A stretch of DNA of 64,000 nt from Bugula neritina. Lineage: Eukaryota; Animalia; Bryozoa. The notes under the pieces were generated by a model. That model saw only the letters and a program-made list of their open reading frames with translations. It was not told the origin of the DNA and did no database searches. A program made the translations under genes and the position numbers. Shown one piece after another: positions 12,902 through 26,183 of the stretch. The stretch spans positions 7,534,741-7,598,740 of the forward strand of contig OZ037768.1 in NCBI GenBank assembly GCA_964035545.1. The letters are read 5' to 3'. Each line of letters starts with the position of its first letter. Position 1 is the first letter of the stretch.

Positions 12902-15900
12902 TCAAAGCTTCGATTTCTTATCAAATCGACTTGCACGCAGCTCGTCAACAAGTAGTTCTGGCTTTCCACCTTGCACCAACTCAGCCAGCATGTTGCCAAT
13001 CACAGGGGCCATCTTGAATCCATGTCCTAAAATTGGAGAGCAATTGAGTGGCCAATACAAGAATTCACAATGATATTGAATTGTACAGGTGGTACTATAT
13101 TGCATTTAGGTATTGACCTGGCATAAACCATGCCTGCTATTGTCAGTAATTGCTGATTTACATGTAGCTAAACACCTGTGGAGTTGTTTGAGTAGATTAT
13201 AGAAACGTGTGGCCGTAAAAAGTATTGCCAACAGGCATCCAAACATCAGTTATTCTGAAAACAGTGAATACAGATTATAGACTACTATGGTGAGAATTAA
13301 TAAGAGCAGTCAGATTGAGTGATTGAAGTGCTGGCTTAGTAAACACAAGGTCAGAGGGTCAAATCCCGGTAAAGGCCATTTGTAACGTAAGGAAGAGCAT
13401 CTAATCACAATTGGTCTTTTGCCACAATAGAAAACAACTCCACAGTCTAATTTAATCTAGAATTCTCACTGTCTTGGAGACTAGATAAACATGTGAGAGT
13501 TTATGATGATAATCAATACCCAGGCCTACCTGAAAATCCTGCACCAAAGGCTATATTTCTATGTATTGGATGATGATCTACGATGAATTGGTTGTCAGGT
13601 GTGACCTACACAGGTAAAAAGAATAAACTGATTTATACAGCATTAAACATTTGAAAAGGATTCAAAGAAGAAAATAGTATTGCTATGAATGCACAATATA
13701 AAACAGGATATGTGAATGCAAATGAGAGAGGCTTTATAATATAAGTATTACACAAAAAATCTTTCTACTGATAAAAACCTAAGCAGGTTTACAACGAGTA
13801 TATTACAATTGCCATAACATGCTTTAATGTAAAATTAAAATTATCAGGTATTGAAATGAACTGCTACAAATCGGCAGCAAAAATGCACCAGACACACTGT
13901 TGTGGACTCATCATGTTTTCTTTAGAGTTTAGCTTCTACAAAACTTATATAGATGTCGCTACATCTTCTCTACTTACAGTGTACATGCACCTTTCTTTTA
14001 TTGCTGGTTCTGGCACCAAATATGGAAAAGTAGAAGTTACAAATTCTGTTAGTATTTTCAAATTCTTAGCTTCAGCTTTGCTGTCTGTATTATCTCTCAT
14101 GTCTGGACCATCACAGAGAACGCCATAGTGCAAGCATATCTTAACAAAATAACAGTTACACCATTCAGTCAAAACATTCAGCAAATTATCTCTATACTTT
14201 TACAGTATTTCAACTCAAGCTCTAAAATGAATAATGATATATGATATATATATATATGATATAATGAGGTGCAATTAGATAATTAATTAACTATTTGATT
14301 AATTAAAACGAATGTAAAGCTGATAAGAAAATTGCTATACAAAAACCCTTCACAACATGTAAAGTAAGCTGCAAGCAATAACAATGGGTCACGTAAATAG
14401 TAACTTCTAACTTAAATATTTTAGTAGCATTATAAACTCACGCAAGTTTATAGTCGCTATCCCTGTGAGAAACCCCTGATGGAAAGGGTTTTTGTTAAAG
14501 CGGGCTAAGGACTTATTCAGATGAGACACAGGAGCAATTATGGCTAGATGCTTTCCCTAACATCACCAATGGCCTTTGTCCGGCTCGAACCCATGACCTC
14601 ATGTTTACTAGGAAAAACGCTCTAACCCCTAGACCACGGGGGCGGGAGGGGAAGGTTTAGAGCATTTGCCTAGTAACTTATTAAAAATATAGTTGCACAT
14701 TTATACAGTCAACATCTACAAGCGTCTTTTTAATATCCATTGTCTCCTGAAGTTGTGTGCACAACTACTTTGACTATACTAGATATGCTAATCTAACAGA
14801 CCTACTATAGTACCTTCATTAGGCCATCGTATTCACTTGTTGGCATGCCATATATATCTGATATCTCGTCTAAAGATATAAACAGAGGAAGACTGCTGTG
14901 ATCAACTCCATTTCTAGCTTTCCAATAACACACTTGAATGGCCATAACCTAAAGCAACATCACAGTGTGACGTGATTACACGCTTAGATTTAGTCCGAAA
15001 AACATCTTATACACTAAACATACATGCTTTAAATAAATGCAAATGAATAACATATTTGCTAATCACAGTTGTTGACATAATAGCAAGTGGCTTGTGCATG
15101 AGTAAAATAGTGGAGTAAGTAAACACATAATGATATAGAACAAACTTGAATATCATTCCACGTTTGAATAAATTAACTGACTTGCAATGGCAAGCTGATT
15201 CCTAAATCTGAAAGAATCTCAGAAGACCAAGCACCACAAGTTATGACTAATCCTTTAGCTTGAAAGTCTCCTCTATCAGTATGAACAGTCACCACACCCC
15301 CTGTAAACCCAACAAATGTGAAATAGCCTGCACAAATAAACAATATAGCAAATTAAGGTTGAAGAAACAATATAATATTTTAGTATATGTAATGATACCA
15401 CAAAACATTATTCAAGGCAAACTTCTGTTGACTAAAACGTTGAGTATGACGCTAAGTTAACATATCAACACATTTGACCCCTAAAAACTTTTTCCACTCC
15501 TACCTGGTGTTATGCGCTGAACTTTACACATGTCAATAATTTCCCCTCCTCTCTTTTGAAACATTTTCTGCAAACAATAATGGCCCATGAAAAGCAAAAC
15601 TCCTGACGGGCTAAATTCAAACTATTCAGATTAATAATTAAGACAAGTTTTCTGTTAGTGTTATATCAGGTTATAAATATCTATAGTTGAAACTAAATGA
15701 TGATGCTACTATATGTAGTATGTTCAGAATGAAATCACAGTAAATACTAAAAACTGACTTGAAAAGCCATGACACACTTGTCAGCATACAGAATGCCAGC
15801 TGAAGAGTCGAAGCAAGCCTTTTCTTCTGCCGGGTAAGACATCAAAGGGTAACGCTTAGAGATCTCTGCAGAGTCTATAATTGGGACTGGCCCAGTGTTG

Positions 15901-16693
15901 TATCTCTGCAATGTCTTTTGAGTATCCACCAGCTCTTTATGCAATGTGGAAGTAGTACATAACAGGCCGGTGTGTCTATGTGTAATATAAATATATCACT
16001 ATTAAACTGTACATTCAGCGTGTTAGTGCCTTGAAATATGATACTCTTAATTATATGCTGAAACTTCAATGTATTCACATCTACAATTCAAAGAATTACC
16101 CAACACAACTAAGAGTTTCGGAACTTATATCAAGTGATGTTACCGTATTTGTGAAGAAAACTAACTTGAACAGTGTGGTTTCTGCTTCCTTCTCCAAGTC
16201 TTTCCACATGGAATTGCCTACAGCCATGATACTTCCGTTGAATTCTTCAGGATATGCTGTACGGGTGATACGACTGGCTCCGTGAGAGCTCCCTCTGGTG
16301 TGTGGTATTGGGAACTATGAAGTTAAGTTGCCGCATCAACTTGGAAGGTGGTTGAAGTTTATTTATTTTACACAGGACACAAATATATCTATCCTTTATA
16401 AAACTAAATTCTATCAGCATTTTTGGTATCATGTGCGAGCTTTAGTCATTACAAGTTCATTACCTACATAGTATTATTTTGTTGACTATATAGTATTATT
16501 GAGTAAAATATTTGAAGTACAAAATGCATTGGTCCGTTCACATTATGCCAGCAGAAAGCCATAAACTATATTAAAGCAAGCCATTCTTCTCAGTTACCTG
16601 TTCTAAAAGCAAAGTCTTCTTTCCTTCCTTGGCTAAAGCATAAGCAGTAGAGGAGCCCATCACCCCAGCTCCAATTACAATGTAGTCATACAT
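12902..16693 (-). CDS. PIPOX: Peroxisomal sarcosine oxidase / L-pipecolate oxidase, paralogue 1 (~380 aa)
   Basis: Nine exons: 16693-16598, 16314-16166, 15975-15759, 15567-15504, 15300-15182, 14948-14814, 14139-13978, 13605-13530, 13026-12902. Motifs: [17 protein letters not shown] (FAD-binding GxGxxG), [32 protein letters not shown]-terminal SKL (PTS1). Confidence 0.93.
13303..13510 (+). mobile_element. tRNA-derived SINE, diverged copy
   Basis: Degenerate B-box (GGGTCAAATCCC) followed by AAAGGCCATT...AGGAAGAGCATCTA...ACAATTG, homologous to the reverse complement of the copies near 14.5, 37.4 and 59.4 kb. The 3' half differs. Confidence 0.6.
14434..14640 (-). mobile_element. tRNA-derived SINE
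   Basis: ~200-bp dispersed repeat (ATCCCTGTGAGAAACCCCTGATGGAA...ACATCACCAATGGCCTTTGTCCGG...), also at 37342 and 59341. The minus strand carries the Pol III B-box GGGTTCGAGCC. Confidence 0.8.
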
Positions 16694-18399
16694 GGTGAAT
16701 GCAGCATAAACTCCCAGTCTTTTGAAACTGCCTGGCACAATCTGAAAACATTCCAGCTATCAAAAACTCTTTCCAGATATATTATTATATCATTAACATA
16801 ATGGTCTCAGAAATGTGACTATCATGTTATTTCCAAACTTTTATTCCAATAGTGATACTAGCTGGTGGTTATGGTGTAGGTAATATGACAACTATTAAAT
16901 CGAAGTTTATTGAAAAATACAAATTTTCACTTTCCATTATTCATTTAATCAATATGTATTGAGTAATACTGACTACAACTTTTTCTATGCTGAATTTATG
17001 CCAGTGGGCTCCTTAAAGAGTGTGGGAAGATAATTTCTCTTCAATAAAATTAAATCACCTTTAATACACTTAGCTTTAATAAACACATAATTGTAATTGT
17101 TAATCCAATCAACTTTTTGTAAACCATTTGATTATACCGTATACACTTGAAATAACCTGCCATGTAATCATGAAGACAATTTTAAAGAGTTCAAACACTT
17201 TTCATACAATTTGAGAAATAAATACAACTATATAAGGGCAAGAAATAAGAGCAGGCCAAAAGCTTAATAGCTACAAGTATAACGGCATGGTAGTTTTTGT
17301 AACCCCAGATGCTTTGGTGAGATGGGGAGGGCTACCAACAGAATCAGAATACATGCATAACTTACATAGGTTATGATTATTCCAGTTACTAGTCTCAGAA
17401 ATGGTACATCAATATGTACTCAGTAACTGCTAATAAAGTAATACCAACAGACACAGTGTCAGTGTGAGCAATAGTAATACAGTAATAATAATAGTAGGAC
17501 TATAACTATAAGACACGAATATAACATCAGTAAAAATACTTATAGCATCAGGCTCAGTACAACTCACAAGGTATAATTAATACTAAGTGGATCAATAACA
17601 CTAATTGTATAACATTAACTACATGTAAGTCTCTAAGCAAAAGGGTTACTGTTAGAGTAACTGCAAATATTTCTTTGCATGACTATGTGTAACTTACAGT
17701 CACCTCAACCTCAAGTCTAACATAGTTCTAAAAACTTGACAACTAAATATCACAGAAGCTATACTTATTTCATACTTCAGTAGACTAGATTAGTACATTC
17801 TAAGCCTAAGATCTAGGGCTAGCTAAGAGTAGGTCTAAACTCTTACGTTTAACACTAAGAGTAAGTCTAACAGACAACAGTCAAGAATGAAAAATGAGTA
17901 GGCAAAATGAAATTGAAAATCCTAATGAGTAATCATAATGGTAATTAAACCCATTATCAGTACCGTTATGATTTATTACCATCCATTCATACAGTAAGTG
18001 TAACTGCAATACCAATAGTAACTGTAAAACTAACCCAACTTTAAGTCAAACTCTGCATTAACTTTAAGTGTAACATTCACATTCAGTTTCACATTGAATT
18101 TGATACTCTTGCAGTTGCACCAAGTCTCACACAGCAAGTGCAACAGTGAATGCAATATCTATAAGCAATTTCAAGTTTGGGTTAAATAAGTGCAGGAGTT
18201 TGAAATTTTTGAGTTCATTAGAACTTCCAATTCTAAGCTTGAGAACTATTTATTGCATTTAATCACTACCAACCTGAAGTTGCTTATAAAGCTATTCAAC
18301 AAAATGTGTTCTAATTCCGTGGTATAAGTTCATGCATATAACTATAACAAGCAGCGAAACGGTTATTATTTCACTCGCAACGTGAAAGAGAGTTGTAAT

Positions 18400-18760
18400 G
18401 GAATGCTTGCTAGGTCATGATCTTTACCAAAGATCCTTAAAAAAGTTAGTTTGTTGTTTTTAATTTTTACGAACTATGTATTGTGCCTCGCTCAAAAAAA
18501 AATATCATGTTAGCTTTTTAAAGGCTAAGAGACGCCTTCTTTTAAAAAATCTGTTACGTCTGCAAGTTGCTCTGTTATCTGTACGTCTGCAAGGCGAAGG
18601 GTCAACTCGCCCAACCCCCATTTTATGATGTAAGCGCCGTAAAGACAGACGACTGAAATTTTGACTTTAGATTTTGTACTCACTTTCCAAGCAATAACCG
18701 GCAGTAGTTGATACTCATAATGGCAAAAACTTGCCAGTAAAATCTCTGGGTAAAGCTTTT
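18400..18760. promoter_or_regulatory. Probable bidirectional promoter of the two PIPOX paralogues
   Basis: Locally CpG-richer stretch between divergent genes, with a duplicated TACGTCTGCAAG. Candidate 5'-UTR donors at ~18750 (+) and ~18273 (-); acceptors at 19343 (+) and 16742 (-) lie just before each ATG. Confidence 0.45.
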
Positions 18761-18932
18761 GGTTTAACAACCAGTCACATTCACTGAATCTGGTGGTGGT
18801 GGTTCACAATTTCTCGCACTCATAATCATACTGATAGTGATAGTCAATAGTGATAGTATTACTATTACTATTACTATTACTATTAGTAATGGTCGTAGTC
18901 CTGGTAATACTGATAGTGATTGGTTATTGTTA

Positions 18933-19021
<89 letters not shown>

Positions 19022-19098
19022 GTATTACTATAGTAGTATTACTATAGTAGTATTACTATAGTAGTATTACTATAGTAGTATTACTATAGTAGTATTAC
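18933..19098. repeat. (TAC)n microsatellite (~29 units) followed by a 14-bp minisatellite (AGTATTACTATAGT, ~5.5 units)
   Basis: Read directly from the sequence; explains the poly-Tyr and poly-Thr ORFs in the track. Confidence 0.97.
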
Positions 19099-19371
19099 AT
19101 TTACTGTGTAGTACTACTACTACTAGTAGTAGCATCAGCATGAATATCAGTGATAGTATAAGTAGTGTCTACATGAATTATAATTATAAGTTACTTGGTA
19201 AAATTTACAGCAAACTAACATGTCAATTAGCAAAAGTAGACAAAAACTCAGCGTAAAGCTCAAAGTTGATAATTCAGATTAGTAAAATTTGATGTGTTGA
19301 TTTTTTCTAAATTTATTCTTATATAGAACTTGCATATTTGTAGTTTAGCAAGTTGAAAGTGAGCCAGTATC

Positions 19372-20213
19372 ATGACCTCATACGACTATATAGTTGTTGG
19401 TGCTGGAGTGATAGGCTCTTCTGCAGCTTATGCACTCGCGAAGCAAGGAAAATCTACTTTGCTATTAGAGCAGGTAAGCAGGAATAGTATTTGGTACTAA
19501 CTACTATATTTACTATTATTTATATAATTGGAAAGCTTAAGTTTTATTTATTATACCTAGCAATATATGAACATGAAAATAAATTTCTTTATACAAGGAG
19601 ATGAATGTATTACATGAAGTAAGATGTTGCCTTAATGATGACGTTTTTTCCAGTGTATGTGTTCAATTTTTCTAAAAAGTGCTAGGTGTTGAAAGATTTT
19701 CAAGAATCTTGTGAGAATATGAGTTTCTAACCCTGTCCTTTGAGCAGATTAACAGAATTGAAACATAATAGAGTGTCTCCAATGCTTGTATTCACAATTT
19801 TAGCCCATGTTATTATATAATTTTTCTCTTTTCTCAAATTATCGTGCTAGGGAAGATTTGTGACCAGTTTTTAATATGATGTAATTCAATTTCTCAATTA
19901 GTATCTCAATGGTGGAATTTATAGCAAAAGTGAACATTTAAAACATGTAAAAGGTAAATTTAATGTGAAATTGTAAATACTTTTTTAAATACTATGATAT
20001 TGCCCTGAAAATTGTTGCAATGAAGTATTTCTCAAAAAACAAACTGTATTTTAATTGTCTAAAATCAAAATATTATTTTATTTTTGAACCTTTTTTGAAA
20101 TTGTTAATTTTTTGGGTTTAATTTCATCTGCCTTAATAGGGAATAATTTGCATAAAGGGTATGCAATTAGTATACTCTGTATTATATAATATCACATTTT
20201 TATATCTACTTTG

Positions 20214-20247
<34 letters not shown>

Positions 20248-23200
20248 TGCCTGTTTCATAACTGGGTAGTCTAAGCATTTTAAACATAAAACGTTTGAAA
20301 GTTTATCATGGTGTGTTATTCTAAACTTCTAGCTACAGTAAATCTGGGGCACAATTCTGATTTTCATAATATTGCTATTTGCTTTTTTTCTGTAATAATA
20401 TTAAAAGAATACAAATTACACCAAATTGTGATTCTAACAACTATTTTTCTGCTCTTCAAGTTTCCAATACCACATACAAGGGGAAGCTCTCATGGTGGAA
20501 GTCGTGTAACTCGTAAAGCTTATCGCCAGGAATTTCATAGTAAGATTATGATGAAAGCATATCCAATGTGGGAAACTTTAGAGAAGGAGGCCGGAGTTGA
20601 ATTATTCAAGTATGCACAGTGTATATTACTGTTTTTAGCTATTGTCTGTCTGTTGGATCTTCAGTAGTGTTTTTTGGTGAGTGAGGTGGCTTGTTTTGAA
20701 ATTTATGAAATAATATTTATTGTTCATTTTTGAGTACTTATTCAAATTGTCCAACTTCTCACCTTCCTGAAAATATTGGATGTCTGCTCCTGCAAGAAAA
20801 TTATTTTTTGACATTTTTTGTTTATCTGTTTATATAAAGAAGCAATACATTTTTATTACAGACAGGTGGGTATGCTGTCTACAACCCACTCCTACTATGA
20901 GGACCTCATCAAATATTTCATGACCGTCCAGAAATACTCCACCAAACAACCTAAACTGCTCAGTTCAAAAGATGTCTCCCAAATGTATCCCCTGATGACA
21001 TTTCTTGAAAATGAAGTGGCTCATATAGATGCAGATGCTGGCATTTTATATGCAAGCAAATGTGTGATGGCATTTCAGGTTTGTCACTTCATTGTATTTG
21101 TCCTAAACGTTGCATTGTTTGTACTATAGCCATATTAATCTCCAACTACACAATTTTTTTTAATATTTACCAAATGTTGTTTGATGTAACCAATATTTGT
21201 AATGATTGTATTAATTAGTGCTTACCTAATACTCTACTCCCTCCTTTTTATTATTCCTTCAAAACAATCACTATTAGTCTAGGCTAGTCAATCATTAGGC
21301 TGGGTTTGTAAGGATCTTATCCATCATAGTCCTGAGTACGCCTCGCATGCTACAAATCTGTATTTAGCCCCCAAGAGCTCCAATTGCTATGAATATTTTT
21401 GCTGAAGTGTTTCACATCTTAGTCAACTCTTTATTTTATTTGCCTTTTTTTATATTCTCCCGGTAATTATTAGAGAAGCTTTGTTAGGGAGTTAAGCTCA
21501 TCAACTATCTTAACATCGTCTCCTTATTTATTGCAGTCACCATGACAAATGGTGATCCAGTGATTTTCCTAGAAAAATTCCCCCTCATTCTCTATCTTAC
21601 AATCTTTTTTATGATTACTTAATATTTTATTATTGACAATAATTATTCTTATAGTGATTAATACTAATAATTGACAAAGGCCACAAGTCAGAATAAACAG
21701 AGCTGAGTTCAAGTCATGTTGATTCAAGTATTGGTGAAGTGCTGGCTTGAGTTTTTAAATTTTGTAGATTTCAATCAGTTTGCTATAAACATAACAAGTT
21801 GACTTGTTTACTTGATTGACTTGATTCAAATTGTTTTTAAGCTATTGAAATTGGAGATGTTGAAATAAAATTATTTAATATGGCTCATTCAGCAATATTT
21901 CACTAGGGTTCTTCTTGCACCTACTTAGAGAAGATAACTTCAACATATAAATGTTCCATAAGAGACTTCGAAAAAAAGTTTATTTAGGCTACTTTCCTAC
22001 TCTTACTAAATCCTTCAATACTTTATATAACTGCCTATTAGACCCAGGAAACTAAAGACTGAAATATTGTTGTAGTTTTGTGCACTGCTAAGTGAGGTGT
22101 TATTGTATACACCAGCATATCTAACTATGAGGTTATGCGAAGAACGGAAATAGTTCACGTTTGTAAAGAATTGTATTGGAAGTCTAATTAGATACAATCA
22201 AAATTATCAATAGTAGCAAAATAATACAATATAAAAAATGGTTACACAAGGTTGGCTTAATCTATCTGGCAGTTATCCTCCAACTAAGGCTTGGCGCCAA
22301 AAGGCGCTGTTTATATCCAAGGGTTGGTCCTGATTGGCCAGTGTAGGGCTCCCCCAGTATCGCTAGTGCCGCATGGGATCGCGGCATTGCTAAGGAAGTT
22401 GTAGAAACTTTTATGCTTCATAATACAATACAAGTACTTAGGTAGGGGGTACTGGGGGGTATACTTCCCACAGCCACTACAAGGCAGTCAATCAGCTCGC
22501 TTCGTTTACTTGTTGCTATTTTCTTGCTGACTTAGCATTGAACTTTGTGTTTTAGAAAGTATTCCTCAGCAATGGAGGTGTGATTAAAGATAACTGCAAA
22601 GTGCGAAGCATTACACCAGGTATTCAGTATTAATAATTTGGGTAATTGCCACTATCATATGTATTTGTGAGTCTGAGTTAGTATCTGAGGAGCAGAATTT
22701 AATATTGTCTCGGCCTTGCTATTACCTATATAATAATTACTTATAATGTGTTTTAGGAGATACGGTGACTGTACACACTGATGATGGAGACTTTAAAGCA
22801 AAAGGGCTTGTATTAGCTTGTGGTCCATGGTCTTCTGAAATACTTTCCAACATTGGAGTTTTCTTACCTTTGAAGGTGAGTAACCTGTATAGAAACATTT
22901 ACTTTGTTCTCTTCTACAAAGTTATCTTGGACTTAGTTGTCATGAATTGAAAGAAAAGTTTTGTTAACTTGAAGCTGTTTTTGGCAATATTGTCACCCTT
23001 GCATTTGTAGATACAAGTTCAGTATTCAAACAAATTTATACTCTGCTTTGTCATTGTTGCCTACTTAAAAATAACTTGTTTGAAGGGGAATAGCCATGCA
23101 ACATAGTAAAATAGCTATAAGGTTCTATTTGTTTAATTATTTTACGTAGACTGAGACTGTTGACGTGTGCTATTGGAAGGAAAAACCTGGGTATGATCAT

Positions 23201-24732
23201 AGCAAACTACCAACATTTGTTTCTTTGTTTGAAAATTACAATATCTATGGACTTCCACCATCTGAATATAATGGATTAATGAAGGTAAAGTATGTACAGC
23301 TCTGAATGAGATGTGATCATTATACTTACTTACTTACTTTCAGCTGATACGTACCATCATTATTATTACATCATATTTCATTGTAATTATAATACCTACA
23401 TGTACACTTTCAATAGGTATGTGTATAATTACTTACTTACAGCTTATATTACTTTACTTTAGTTTATACATTCCTAATATGTGTTGATGAACTTGCAGTG
23501 TATCATGTTAAAATAACAGTAAATACAGCATGTTAGCAAGTTTTAATGTCCAAGTCTTTTATAGCTTCAAGCAGCTACTGCCAAGTATCAGCCAGTTTAA
23601 ATCCATTAAATATTTTTTCAAATCAAGTTTCAAACACCGGAGTTCTATCTTTAAAAAAAGGGTTAAAAGGTGCCTGCTTAGTTGAACTCAGTTGTGTTTC
23701 CAACTTGACGGCTAAAATTTGTTAAGCTTCCATTTCAAGTAAAAACTGTTTTAAAAATTACTTTACCTAATCTAATTTAAAATTTTAAGATTTTTTTATA
23801 AAGCATAATTTCTTTGACAACTTCAATGCTGATTTTTTTATTTTGTGTTTCTGCTAAAGCTTGGATATTTTACAATATGTAGTATATACCATTCAACTTA
23901 TATTTTTGTTAAACTGAGCATTGTTACATTAGAAAAAAATATCCTTGTTGATGAATATATTCAACATATTCCATATTTGAGACTGTAATCTACAAGAGCT
24001 CAGTATGTTTCACATTTGCTTTCCCTCGTTTTCTTTTACTCACACTTGTGGTTCTGTAATAGATAACTCTGCATGATAGTGTACCGTGTGAAAGTGCTGA
24101 CACTAGAGACATCACTGATGATGAGCTGGAAGCTAGAAACCTGGATAAACTTAAGAAATATGTTGCTTCTACTTTTCCTCACTTAATTCCTGAACCAGCC
24201 ATAAGAGAGCGATGCATGTACACTGTAAGTACAAAATGAAATTTTGTAAAGTGAGAATTATAACAGCCTTTTGGTCCAAAATATGACAACTTCAAGTCCT
24301 GCTGGCTATATTCTGTATGTGGGATGTTTAAGAATTAAAATATAAGATCAATCAACTTTTCTTATTTAGTTATAAAATAGTAACATAGGTATTGTAAAAC
24401 TTTTCAATTAATGGCAGTGTGTTAGTGTTCAATTGTTTTGTAGATGACACCAGATACTGTTTCTATTATTGACAATCACCCAACATACAAGAATATAGCA
24501 TTTGGTGCCGGATTCTCTGGTATGTTCTGTTTATTGAATATAAGTTGAATGTTTTGAGTGTTCTCTCTATTTTGAGCCATCCAGCCATGTGTTGGTTTCT
24601 GTTTCAGGTCAAGGGTTCAAATTGGCACCAGTTGCGGGCAGCATGTTAGCTGATTTGGTGCAGAATAAAACACCAGATCTACTTGTTGATGAGATGAGAG
24701 CAAGTAGGTTTGTCACTAAATCTAAACTTTAA
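19372..24732 (+). CDS. PIPOX: Peroxisomal sarcosine oxidase / L-pipecolate oxidase, paralogue 2 (~382 aa)
   Basis: Nine exons: 19372-19473, 20461-20609, 20862-21078, 22556-22619, 22757-22875, 23150-23284, 24063-24224, 24444-24519, 24608-24732, with the same intron positions as paralogue 1. GAGVIGSSAAY, RGSSHGGSRVTR, ERCMYT, GAGFSGQGFKLAP, C-terminal SKL. Confidence 0.93.
20215..20245. repeat. (TA)n microsatellite
   Basis: Read directly from the sequence; intronic. Confidence 0.95.
22349..22469 (-). ncRNA. Degenerate HDV-like ribozyme, probably the 5' end of an RTE-type retroelement
   Basis: Minus strand shows P1 GGGAAGU/ACUUCCU (opening G-U wobble), P2 CCCCCAGUA/UACUGGGGG, P4 UGCCGC/GCGGCA and J4/2 GCGA in HDV double-pseudoknot order. 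The P3/P1.1 region is decayed and interrupted by ~30-35 nt of AT-rich sequence. Confidence 0.55.
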
Positions 24733-26183
24733 TTCATTTTGTTATTCTGTTTTTTCCTAACCTAAGTTCAAGTTATTGATGTCACACTTGGTTTTGATTG
24801 CCTATAACATGTTTTATTTTGAGTTACAGTTATTTTTATACTTCCTTTGGAATTATTTTAAGGTAATTAATTTATTTAAAATTTCATTGTTTTTGATAGT
24901 TTTTATTTGTTTTGATTCAAACTATAAATGTTACCTAACTTAATTTTTAATGTTTTACCTCCTGTCCTACTTCTTTACTATTACTTGTTGTTTTCCATCA
25001 ACATTGTTGATTATTATTTTATAACTATAATAATATATAATTGCTGAAGGCTAAATTTTTTGCAACTCATGCAAAGTCACATCATTTTGAAGTAAATTAC
25101 AAAAAGTAAATTCTAAAAGATTTAAACACAAAATGTTAATTTTGTAATATGCCCATCTGGTGTTTGATTGAAGTTACTGTTACTGGCTGCTTTTTGGAAC
25201 AGACTAGCTCTGTGTGGTTCACTACTGCTCTTTGAAATGTTCAGCTTTCATTATGAATACTAAAATAAGATGAAATCTTCTTGAAGCTTATCATTAATAT
25301 CTGTTAGCCAATAAGATTATCCCAGGATTTATTATTTAGTATCCATAAATAATTTTTTTAAATAACTTAGTGTTGTGATAAGATACAGCCAGTGGGGCGG
25401 AACCATCTCTCCCATAGCTGGAAGAGATACAACTGATTATTATCATTATCAAATCAGAGCTAGTTGCATGCTTTTATCTTATTCTCTTTCATAATAGGCT
25501 GGTTGCTGCACACGTTTAATCTCGTAATTTTTTAGCTAAAATGCTGGGTTGACCATTTTGCCATATGGTTACTAATAATTTTATGTAAATGTATTATGTT
25601 ACCTTATGCATCTTGTATACTTAGAGCCTTGAAAATTCTTTTTAAAAAATCACCTTGTTTTTATCTTAAAATTGTGCAATGGCTATTTGGGTTAGATGAA
25701 ATCCTAAAATACTAATTTTTGTACAAAGTAGTGGGTTGCAAAAAATTAACATGCCATTGAATAAATTATTGTGATTACCAAATTAACTTCTTATAAATGT
25801 GAGCTGATTATCTGTAAAAAGTGCCTAGTCATCACTATGCAACAATGACTTTATCTTTTGTTTACATTATTTCAATGCAAATGCTTATTAGCTCTCAAAC
25901 AATGATTGTTTGTCTAGCATATTAGATTGGAAAAAGCAGAGTCATGATATGTTATGGATGCCATCCAATATTTTATCAACAGCTTAATATGGAATAGCTC
26001 AATAGCTGACCTATTTACTAAACTAAACATTCTCAATATAACACTTTCATTAAAAGAGTGTGTAGTACAGCCATTGTAGAATTTATATTCAACTAAAACT
26101 ACAGGTCATAAAAGCAAGTTGTTGCATATTTTGTCTAAATTCATATGAATGTTTAACTATTTGCATTGATGTCAAGATGAGTT

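Noticed and set aside
18837-19047. Poly-Tyr and poly-Thr ORFs
   Set aside because: Translations of the (TAC)n microsatellite.
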